47,386 bases of DNA from a virus (taxonomy: Duplodnaviria > Caudoviricetes): positions 1 through 47,386 of IMG/VR virus record IMGVR_UViG_3300043412_000080; one strand, given 5' to 3'. A model generated the notes under the pieces. The model was not told the origin of the DNA, did not search any database, and worked only from the letters and a program-made list of their open reading frames with translations. Position 1 is the first letter of the stretch, and the number at the start of each line of letters is the position of its first letter. The translations under genes were made by a program, and so were the position numbers. Below are positions 1 to 7,304 of the stretch, piece after piece.

Positions 1-12
1 GGTATCATTGCC
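1..12. other. cosN, left copy of the 12-nt cohesive end GGTATCATTGCC
   Basis: Identical to 47375-47386. The joined junction CGAG|GGTATCATTGCC|CCCG has partial dyad symmetry and lies just upstream of lambda-like terS/terL; lambda-type 5' overhangs are 12 nt. Confidence 0.8.
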
Positions 13-47
13 CCCGATTTTTCGCTAGTTTCAATTTTTCAATCAAA

Positions 48-185
48 GTGGACAGGTTAATTTGTTGATTTTAAACGCCTTTATGCTCCCCCATTTTGGC
101 TGGGTTACGGCTGGTTCACCATTTATAAATAAGTACACCGCCCCAGTGAACTTTGCTTGACGCTGTGAACTTTTTTTTGTAAAAT
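48..185. promoter_or_regulatory. cosB-like region (TerS-binding repeats and IHF site) overlapping the terS promoter
   Basis: GTGAAC-like motifs at 48, 114 (reverse), 133, 146 and 165; IHF consensus AATCAAcaaaTTA on the minus strand at 58-70; TTGACG(157)-17bp-TAAAAT(180). Confidence 0.6.
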
Positions 186-191
186 AGGTTT

Positions 192-1019
192 ATGAAAAAA
201 ACATTTTTTATTACAGACGTTTTAAAGCTATCTAAAGGCAATGTTCCAAAGTGGGACGACCTTGGGGTTTTTAAGTATATAGATGGCATCAGTGGTGATA
301 TTGATGTTGCTGAAACAATAAAGATGATGATTTGTACAAAGCCTTTAGATTTATGTCATCGGGCTTGCAATTATTTTAATGGTCAATATGATTATCTTTT
401 AAAGGATAATGGATTGATAAATGAAGCCTTTGAAAAAATAGCAGAAAAAAAATCTATGTCTGAGGTAAATGTTGAAATAAAAAAAATAGACAAAATTCAA
501 AGCACGATTAAGGATATTGAGGTTGCCGAAGTTGCCGAAGTCGTTACCAATGTGGAGTCGGTCACTGATAATGTTACTGAGGCAAAATGTGTTTTAATCA
601 CTGATAATATTCAAGAAAATGTGTTTGATGATAAAATTGAATATGATGATATTGATGATGATATTGATGATGTCCAGCCTGTTAAGAAAAAAACGACTTC
701 AAAAAAAACAGTTCAAGAATACCATGTTCCAAAGTTTGAGCAGGAAAAACTAACTTACGTCGAGGCTTTAACAAAAAAAGTTACAGTCGATGGGTTGGTT
801 AAGGAACTGGATTATTATGAACGCATTAAATATCTTGCACCAAAGGCAGATATGGAGAAAATTTACGCAAAAGTTTTTTCTGAATTACAAACAAAATTAT
901 TCTCCATACCTGTAAAAATTGAAAGCCGTGTTCACAAGGAGGCATCTAAGGCTGTTAGAATTGAAATAATTAGAAAGGCTATACATTCTGCATTAAATAG
1001 CGTGGCTGAAAATGTTTGA
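192..1019 (+). CDS. terS: terminase small subunit (Nu1-like, extended)
   Basis: Lies between cos and terL and overlaps the terL start; helical C-terminus LFSIPVKIE resembles Nu1-family proteins. Confidence 0.7.
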   Translation: MKKTFFITDVLKLSKGNVPKWDDLGVFKYIDGISGDIDVAETIKMMICTKPLDLCHRACNYFNGQYDYLLKDNGLINEAFEKIAEKKSMSEVNVEIKKIDKIQSTIKDIEVAEVAEVVTNVESVTDNVTEAKCVLITDNIQENVFDDKIEYDDIDDDIDDVQPVKKKTTSKKTVQEYHVPKFEQEKLTYVEALTKKVTVDGLVKELDYYERIKYLAPKADMEKIYAKVFSELQTKLFSIPVKIESRVHKEASKAVRIEIIRKAIHSALNSVAENV

Positions 1020-2850
1020 TTTATCTGATTTTGAAATAAACATAAGAAACGCATTAAGACCGCCTCCTGATTATACTATATCACAGTGGGCGGATAAATA
1101 TAGAATTATAGCAAGCTCCACATCTGCACAGGGCGGACAATGGTGTACAGATACAGCACCATATAGCCGTATGATTATGGATTGCATCAAAGACACTAAG
1201 GTTGAACAAGTAACCATGATGATGGCTTCACAAGTGGTTAAGACCGAGGTCTTGCTTAATGCTTGTTTTTATTATGTTGTTTGCGAGCCGTCGCCTATTT
1301 TGTGGGTTTTACCTACTGAGGGTGATGCACAGGACTTTTCAAAGACACGGCTATCACCAAACATTCAAGAAACACCTGTTATAAATTCTGTTATTGAAAC
1401 AAGAAAAAAAACAAGTGATAATAATATTTTATTAAAAAACTTTACAGGTGGTTATATAAACTTTGTAGGATCACATAAAGCAAGTGCTTTAGCGTCAAAG
1501 CCTATTCGCATAATTATTGCCGACGAAATAGACCGTTTTTCACGAGATGCGGACGGCGAGGGTAATCCATTAAAATTAGCACAAAAAAGAACGGCGAATT
1601 TTTGGAATCGCAAATCACTTCTTGCATCAACGCCAACCATTGAAAATAATTCTCCGATTGAAAAAGAATACAACCAATCATCAAAGCATAGGTATTATGT
1701 GCCATGCCCACATTGCGGTCACAAGGAATATTTAAAATGGGAAAATGTGAAGTGGTCAAATAATGATTCACGCACAGCACGGTATATGTGTTCTGAGTGT
1801 GGTGTTTTGTGGGACGATGATGACAGACATGATGCCATAGATAAAGGCGAATGGATAGCTGAAAATCCGCATATAGTTAATAATATTGGATTTCACCTGC
1901 CACGCTTTGCAAGTAAATTTTGTTATCTGCATGAGGTGGTTTCTCAGTTTATTAATGCAAAAGATAATAAAAAAGATTTAAAAGTTTTTGTGAATACTGT
2001 GCTTGCTGAAACATGGAAGGAAGCAGTCGAGGAAACTTCGCCTGATTTTCTTATGGCACGGGCGGAGGATTACGATATTGATGATTTGCCTGATGAAGTT
2101 ATATATTTAACTGCAAGTTGCGATGTACAAAAAGACCGCTTGGAATGCATGATTATGGGCTGGGGTGATGGTTGCGATGGTTGGGTTTTAGATTATCAAG
2201 TTATTTATGGATTGCCACAAGAACCTGATGTTTGGCGAAAACTAGATAATTTACTTGCAAGTAAATATTATTCAAAGGAATTAAAACAAGATTTAAAAAT
2301 TTCAATTGCTGCGGTGGATTCAGGGTATTTAAAGGATATTGTTTATGATTTTTGTTATCGCAAAGAAAAATCATGTGGGGCTTTATTTTTTGCCACAAAA
2401 GGAATGTCTGATACTACCAAAGCTTCTGATTTTGTGAACACTAAGCAAAGGGAAACGCATCAATTATTGCGTCGTGGGAATAGACCATTTTCCGTTGGAA
2501 CGCATCAAGGTAAAACATTGTTACATGGGATATTGAATAATGTATCCGTAGGGCATGGTTTGTGGCATTTTCCCAATAAATTTGATTTGAATTTTTATGA
2601 ACAATTAACATCTGAGAAAATGTATCTTGAATATAGAAATGGCATTGAATTTTATAAATGGGTAAAAGAAAATTCTGTCCGAAACGAGGTCTTGGATACT
2701 GCTGTTTTAAATCTTTGGTTAATAAAAATGTCCAATATTGACTTTGTAAAATATCGCCAAAGTCTAATATCGAATATACATGAAATGGTAAGTGAAACAC
2801 CAAAAATTGTAAAGAAATTAATTAAACCAAAGCAATCATTTAAGCATTAA
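1012..2850 (+). CDS. terL: terminase large subunit, lambda GpA family
   Basis: PPPDYTISQWADKYR, Walker B IIADEIDR, ASTPT, VPCPHCG zinc motif, VFVNTVLAETW, CDVQKDRLE, RNEVLD. Confidence 0.97.
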   Translation: MFDLSDFEINIRNALRPPPDYTISQWADKYRIIASSTSAQGGQWCTDTAPYSRMIMDCIKDTKVEQVTMMMASQVVKTEVLLNACFYYVVCEPSPILWVLPTEGDAQDFSKTRLSPNIQETPVINSVIETRKKTSDNNILLKNFTGGYINFVGSHKASALASKPIRIIIADEIDRFSRDADGEGNPLKLAQKRTANFWNRKSLLASTPTIENNSPIEKEYNQSSKHRYYVPCPHCGHKEYLKWENVKWSNNDSRTARYMCSECGVLWDDDDRHDAIDKGEWIAENPHIVNNIGFHLPRFASKFCYLHEVVSQFINAKDNKKDLKVFVNTVLAETWKEAVEETSPDFLMARAEDYDIDDLPDEVIYLTASCDVQKDRLECMIMGWGDGCDGWVLDYQVIYGLPQEPDVWRKLDNLLASKYYSKELKQDLKISIAAVDSGYLKDIVYDFCYRKEKSCGALFFATKGMSDTTKASDFVNTKQRETHQLLRRGNRPFSVGTHQGKTLLHGILNNVSVGHGLWHFPNKFDLNFYEQLTSEKMYLEYRNGIEFYKWVKENSVRNEVLDTAVLNLWLIKMSNIDFVKYRQSLISNIHEMVSETPKIVKKLIKPKQSFKH

Positions 2851-3104
2851 TTATTGGCGGCGTCCGTGCCAATAGAGATGTCTCCGTCATAATCAGCATT
2901 GATGCCAGTGGCGGAGCGTGTAAGTGTGACATTGATGTGTGAAGATATCTCATATGCACCGACGGGCAAATCCGCTAATTTAATTGTGGCAGGTGTGATA
3001 TTATTAATAACACGAGCTACTACTTGGTCTTTTAGGCATAGATTGCCCTTGCCGTCTAATCCTAAGGCGTTACCGTGTAGGCTAGTTAAAATCTGTGCCG
3101 TCAT
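2847..3104 (-). CDS. hypothetical protein, possibly a truncated structural-protein fragment
   Basis: 85 aa, AGGT RBS, higher GC than flanks, convergent with terL. Confidence 0.5.
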   Translation of the reverse strand: MTAQILTSLHGNALGLDGKGNLCLKDQVVARVINNITPATIKLADLPVGAYEISSHINVTLTRSATGINADYDGDISIGTDAANN

Positions 3105-3262
3105 ATTTTACCTATTTTAAAAAAATGATTAATGATTTTTAAGATTATTTTTTAAATCAATCAAGGCATTTTATGGTAAAATAAAAAAAATGTCAAATCT
3201 GTAATAAAATCAATGGGTTATAAAAAAAGTTAAAAATAATTGATATTTATGTGTTTTAGTGC

Positions 3263-3291
3263 TTGACATTAACTGTCATGCTAGCTACAAT
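3263..3291 (+). promoter_or_regulatory. sigma70-like promoter
   Basis: TTGACA(3263)-17bp-TACAAT(3286); the ORF-track TTG start coincides with this -35. Confidence 0.75.
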
Positions 3292-3337
3292 GATATTACA
3301 AGGACGCAATCAAGCGGACAAAGTAAGGGAACGGGCC

Positions 3338-3862
3338 GTGAGAAACGCAGTAAAAACAGGAAAAACACAAAAAAAACAAATCCAATTTTGTTTTAATGGC
3401 ATCGAATTTTGGGTTAAAAAATCGGAATCTGAAAATCAGGATTTTATTTTTGCACGCTATAAAGAGGTGTGTAAAAAGATAAAAGCGTTTGCTGGGGCGG
3501 CGGGCGAAGAAGAATCAGATCCAGTGGTGGCATGTGAGGAGGAGGAGGAGGAGGAGGAGGAGGAGGAGGAGGAGAATTTTTACGATGTTATTTTGCGTTG
3601 GACGGAAATATTGCGTGAAAATTTTGGTGATATTTGTGAGAATTCATCGAGAATAAGTTTATCAACATACCTATCTATCCCTTGCGACAAAGAGGGAGAG
3701 TCTGTAAATATTCGCATATCAGACCACAGGGCTGGGTCAAGATGTGGCGTGTCTGATGTATATCTTGGCACATATGCGGAGGCATACAGCCTTGACAATG
3801 AAAATGAATTACAAATTGTATTAAACCAAATAAAAATATTAAAAATAAATAAAGGATTTTAA
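3338..3862 (+). CDS. hypothetical protein with poly-Glu linker and C-terminal SLSTY...IRISDH domain
   Basis: In-frame GTG after AAGGGA RBS, downstream of the promoter; 174 aa. Confidence 0.7.
   Translation: MRNAVKTGKTQKKQIQFCFNGIEFWVKKSESENQDFIFARYKEVCKKIKAFAGAAGEEESDPVVACEEEEEEEEEEEEENFYDVILRWTEILRENFGDICENSSRISLSTYLSIPCDKEGESVNIRISDHRAGSRCGVSDVYLGTYAEAYSLDNENELQIVLNQIKILKINKGF
3536..3574 (+). repeat. perfect (GAG)13 trinucleotide repeat
   Basis: Read directly; encodes E13. Confidence 0.95.
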
Positions 3863-3863
3863 A

Positions 3864-4040
3864 ATGACCCCACAAGAAACAATCACCGCCCTTGAGGCTT
3901 TAGGTGTGACTCGGTATCGCATAGCTTGTGATACTGGGATTGACAGCGGTATATTATGCCGTGTGGCTAGTGGAAAGCGAGGCATGGCAGAAAGGAACCA
4001 TAATATTTTGCTAAAATATTATGAAAAAACTTTGAAATAA
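3864..4040 (+). CDS. small Cro/XRE-like HTH protein (58 aa, not in ORF track)
   Basis: MTPQETITALEALGVTRYRIACDTGIDSGILCRVASGKRG...; AAGGA RBS. Confidence 0.8.
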   Translation: MTPQETITALEALGVTRYRIACDTGIDSGILCRVASGKRGMAERNHNILLKYYEKTLK

Positions 4041-4084
4041 ATGAAAAAATAAAGGCGGGCGATTATTTTTTTCATAAATCCTGC

Positions 4085-4288
4085 TTAAAATCTTTTTAAA
4101 TAATTTTGATTATTGTCATGTATTTTTCTTTTCTTTTTTTCTACTTCTTGTTCTTTTTTTATAATTTCTATAAAATCTTGATGACATTTTACCAATTCAT
4201 TGCATGTAATTAAATTAATAAGTTGTCCATCTTCCTGAAGTTTTTTAAGGGTTTTTTGGATTTTATCACCCAATAATATTGATGTCAT
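4085..4288 (-). CDS. hypothetical protein
   Basis: 67 aa, ATGA-coupled to the upstream Arc-like gene. Confidence 0.6.
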   Translation of the reverse strand: MTSILLGDKIQKTLKKLQEDGQLINLITCNELVKCHQDFIEIIKKEQEVEKKKRKIHDNNQNYLKRF

Positions 4289-4428
4289 TTTACATCACCT
4301 TTAAAATGTTTTTGAATGATTTGATTGATTAATTCATTTTTTGTAATATTTTTCTGCACGGCTTCGATTTTAAGCTGTGAGTTTAAATCTTTTGGTATTT
4401 TTAAAATAGAGGTTGAATAATCTGTCAT
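4285..4428 (-). CDS. Arc/ribbon-helix-helix DNA-binding protein (47 aa, not in ORF track)
   Basis: MTDYSTSILKIPKDLNSQLKIEAVQKNITKNELINQIIQKHF fits the Arc-like RHH pattern; AAAGGA RBS. Confidence 0.8.
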   Translation of the reverse strand: MTDYSTSILKIPKDLNSQLKIEAVQKNITKNELINQIIQKHFKGDVK

Positions 4429-4446
4429 GCGATTCCTTTATTAAAT

Positions 4447-4639
4447 TGGTGGGGGCAGTAAATTTTAGGTAGCATTTACAACCTTGTTACTCCGTCAGCG
4501 TGCCATTATGTAACTTAACCACGCTTCCCTCTAGGGAGTACCCCCATAAATTAGAAAGCAAGGAATCGGGGTAATTAATCCCTACCCTTGCTCTTAATGC
4601 AGTATCTTTGTCTAGAATCACGCAATACCGCCAACCACA
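4447..4639 (-). ncRNA. structured leader/ncRNA ending in a 99-nt tRNA-like domain (4545-4447) with 3' ACCA
   Basis: GGGGG...CCCCC-A-CCA closing stem; UACUCC/GGAGUA, AGCGUG/CACGCU and AGGU/ACCU helices; upstream GCGGUAU/AUACUGC and AGCAAGG/CCUUGCU hairpins; promoter TTGACA(4672-4667)-16bp-TATATT(4650-4645). Confidence 0.6.
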
Positions 4640-4668
4640 CCCGAAATATAACACGCATTACAGATATG

Positions 4669-5403
4669 TCAAGCGTTATTTACCTGTCTTGCGTAATAAA
4701 TTGCCCTGTGATGTTGGCAATATGTCTGTGACGGGTCAATCTGTGTAAGACAAAATGTGTCTTTATCGTCGTTTGTGTTGATGCCCCTGCAGGTTGTGGC
4801 GGTTAATTGCGTTATATCTAGGGCTGATAAATCAGATTCCAGCAGGTGACGCACTTTTTTTCTGTCTGCAGCCATCACCTGAAAAAACTCAATTTTTGAT
4901 TTTATCGGCTGGGCTTTAACTTTATTGACCACCCTAAAATCACGTGCGAATTGCCGAGGTTTTTCTATGTCCGTGATAATTGATGTTAAATCCTTGATTC
5001 GTTCTTTGGGTGTGTAGGTTCGCACTTTTTGATTGTTCAACCCATATAACCTAATTTTATGCTTAACAGTGGATAGCTTTAAACCTAATTTAACCCCTAT
5101 TACAGCAGCTGTAAGTCCTTTCTCTATGTACCAGTGCCGAATTGCCTCTTTGCCAGTGCGGGGGCATTCTGGGTTGTCTGTGGACTTGTTTATTTGAGAT
5201 ATCATGTATTGTGTTTTACAAGTTCCAAATTTTTCTTTAAATTTTGTGGATAATGCAAAAAAAGCGATTGCATAATTCAGGATGGCACGGGTGAACCCCA
5301 TGATTCTGCCTATTTCAGGATTTTTGTGCGTCCCGCTTAAATACAATTCGGTGATTTGTTTTTCTTGTTCGGGAGTAAATTTATGTTTTTTTGGGTTTGC
5401 CAC
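4669..5403 (-). CDS. gcrA: GcrA-like transcription activator with tandem HTH domains
   Basis: C-terminal ITQLTATTCRGI...TFCLTQIDPSQTYCQHHRAIYY matches the GcrA LxELxxxxCRWP...FCG...YCxxHxxxAY motif; GLTAAVIGVKLG...KIRLYGL resembles the GcrA HTH. Confidence 0.75.
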   Translation of the reverse strand: MANPKKHKFTPEQEKQITELYLSGTHKNPEIGRIMGFTRAILNYAIAFFALSTKFKEKFGTCKTQYMISQINKSTDNPECPRTGKEAIRHWYIEKGLTAAVIGVKLGLKLSTVKHKIRLYGLNNQKVRTYTPKERIKDLTSIITDIEKPRQFARDFRVVNKVKAQPIKSKIEFFQVMAADRKKVRHLLESDLSALDITQLTATTCRGINTNDDKDTFCLTQIDPSQTYCQHHRAIYYARQVNNA

Positions 5404-5425
5404 GATGTTTTCCTTTTCTGTTTTT

Positions 5426-5944
5426 TTATTTTATCTGATTCGGGGGTAAATCGTAAATATCTATTTTGATTAAATTTTTACAATCCCCACCGCCAAATTC
5501 AACGAGTAATTTTTTAATCTGCGAATCATCTGCGATTATGCCCGATTCTTGCAATGCGTCCATGATGCCTTTGTTTCGGTTGTCGATGTCTTGGCGTGCT
5601 TTGGTTTTTGGGTAAATGATGATGTGCAAAAAAACATCTTGAGTGATTGTGACCTGTGATTTTTGGCGTAAAAGCGTTTGGATTGCTTCGGATAGCCATT
5701 GACGGGCAATTTTGGATTTAATGATTCGCCCTCGATGCACGCTTCGATATGCCCCATTGACGGACGGGGGAACGGTGCAGGTATATGATGCGATGGGTTT
5801 ATTCATGATGCACCCCGTCCAATGCTTCCGCCGCCGCCTCAATGCGTGCGTTATATTCACGGCGGAATCTTTCTTTGGACATTCCTTAGAAAATAAGGCT
5901 TCGATTAGCGTTTTAAATGGGGCGTGTGGTGTTTCGTTTGTCAT
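5426..5944 (-). CDS. rusA: RusA-family Holliday junction resolvase
   Basis: PPSVNGAYR, QDIDNRNKGIMDALQESGIIADDSQI; the true start may be the internal MNKPI. Confidence 0.93.
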   Translation of the reverse strand: MTNETPHAPFKTLIEALFSKECPKKDSAVNITHALRRRRKHWTGCIMNKPIASYTCTVPPSVNGAYRSVHRGRIIKSKIARQWLSEAIQTLLRQKSQVTITQDVFLHIIIYPKTKARQDIDNRNKGIMDALQESGIIADDSQIKKLLVEFGGGDCKNLIKIDIYDLPPNQIK

Positions 5945-6843
5945 GCTGATTCCTTTTTTGAGTTACGCCAGTTTATTTTGCCGTCATCTTTGTATTTTTG
6001 CAACATTCCATTTTTTTCAATCAAATCATCAATCTGATTATTAAAATAATTCCACGAATGGATTCGCTTATCCGTTCCCTCGTTCTTTTCGCCATATTCT
6101 GCAATAACGCCGATAATGTCGTCAGGGTCTGCCCCATCATATAACCAATTTTTAAAAGTGATGTATGAAACAATATCAGGCTTCGCCACATTAACCAGTT
6201 TTAGGTTTTTGAGAAAAAGAAAACAGCGTCGGTGAGTAATTTCTGCAACCTGCCCTATGCTTGCATTATCAGACTCTGTGATTCTGCTATAAACCTCTCG
6301 TTGTATTGTTATGTCTGTGGGTGTGTTTAAATCTCCAAGTGATTTTATCAAACTTTGAAAATTCAAAAAATCATCACAAACAATATCCCCGTCACCCGAA
6401 GGGGGTAGGGGGTGTTCAATAGGTTTTCTCGGTTCTCTAGGTTTTATAGGTTTGTAGTCAGATTCTGACGTATGGATTGACGTGTCACTTGACGCGTCAA
6501 ATGATGTGTCACTTGACGCGTCAATATTTGACGCATCAGATTTTGACGCGTCAAAATCTGATGCGTCAATCTTTGGTAACGCTTTGTTTTCAGTCATAAA
6601 AATATAACTATTTATGTTTGATGTAAATTTTCTAATCCTTTCAATTTTTAAAATTTTTGCGTCACAAAGTTCTTTTAATCCGCCTTGAATCGCATTTTGC
6701 GATAAATCAAGGTTTTCAGACAATAATTGCAATGATGGACAACATAATCCAGTCTTTCGATTCCTGTATCTGCATATTGCAATCGCAATTATTTTAGCCT
6801 TTGCCGAAACTGACGAATCAAGTATGTCTTCTATAAAACTCAT
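5941..6843 (-). CDS. phage replication initiator (N-terminal winged HTH)
   Basis: TGLCCPSLQLLSENLDLSQNAIQGGLKEL...NSY HTH; internal DAS repeats encoded by iterons; next to dnaB. Confidence 0.85.
   Translation of the reverse strand: MSFIEDILDSSVSAKAKIIAIAICRYRNRKTGLCCPSLQLLSENLDLSQNAIQGGLKELCDAKILKIERIRKFTSNINSYIFMTENKALPKIDASDFDASKSDASNIDASSDTSFDASSDTSIHTSESDYKPIKPREPRKPIEHPLPPSGDGDIVCDDFLNFQSLIKSLGDLNTPTDITIQREVYSRITESDNASIGQVAEITHRRCFLFLKNLKLVNVAKPDIVSYITFKNWLYDGADPDDIIGVIAEYGEKNEGTDKRIHSWNYFNNQIDDLIEKNGMLQKYKDDGKINWRNSKKESA
6465..6570. repeat. probable replication origin: palindromic iterons TTGACGCGTCAA
   Basis: Copies at 6489, 6513 and 6543, variants at 6528 and 6558; 19-bp direct repeat at 6482 and 6506; perfect 42-bp palindrome at 6528-6569; inside the initiator gene as in lambda O. 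Confidence 0.8.
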
Positions 6844-7091
6844 TTCAACTCCATTTTTAAGGCGTAATTCTTAATATCTATATCAATTTCAGGTTTTATC
6901 ATTTGCCAAGAATCATTTATAAAATTTAAATACCTTTGGGATACCTTAGAAAAATCAGGCTCTTTATCATTTAAAACATACTCAGATATTGTACGCATAA
7001 AAATTAAAGCATCATCATCATTTGATATTGTGTTAAAAACATCAAAATAGAAACGCTTAAAAATAAAACTATTTTGCATTTTTAGCCTCAT
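6840..7091 (-). CDS. DUF6291-like replication-region protein
   Basis: NSFIFKRFYFD...FMRTISEYVLNDKEP...WQMIKPEID pattern. Confidence 0.6.
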   Translation of the reverse strand: MRLKMQNSFIFKRFYFDVFNTISNDDDALIFMRTISEYVLNDKEPDFSKVSQRYLNFINDSWQMIKPEIDIDIKNYALKMELK

Positions 7092-7221
7092 TTTTAGATT
7101 GGATATAATCTATTAAAACACGACGCATAAACTCCGACATATTTAACCGCTCATCATGTGCTGCATTACTCACCATCTCTTTAAATTCAAAAGATGCTTT
7201 TATTAAGATTTGTGTTTCCAA
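7069..7221 (-). CDS. ribbon-helix-helix regulator (50 aa, TTG start, not in ORF track)
   Basis: METQILIKASFEFKEMVSNAAHDERLNMSEFMRRVLIDYI; GGAGG RBS; upstream TTGAAA..TATACT promoter. Confidence 0.75.
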   Translation of the reverse strand: METQILIKASFEFKEMVSNAAHDERLNMSEFMRRVLIDYIQSKNEAKNAK

Positions 7222-7304
7222 TTATGCCTCCAAGGTTAATTATATATAGTATATACAATATTTATGTAATTTCAAATAAAAAAACCCCGATTAAGTGGCT
7301 TTCA

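Noticed and set aside
3263-3337. ORF-track TTG start of the 199-aa protein
   Set aside because: The TTG is the -35 hexamer of a consensus promoter; GTG at 3338 with an RBS is more plausible.
4447-4545. tmRNA piece or true tRNA
   Set aside because: No TTCRA T-loop, no G3-U70 pair and no tag reading frame.
6465-6570. CRISPR mini-array
   Set aside because: Repeats are 12 bp with 3-12 bp gaps, inside a coding gene, with no cas genes; iterons fit better.
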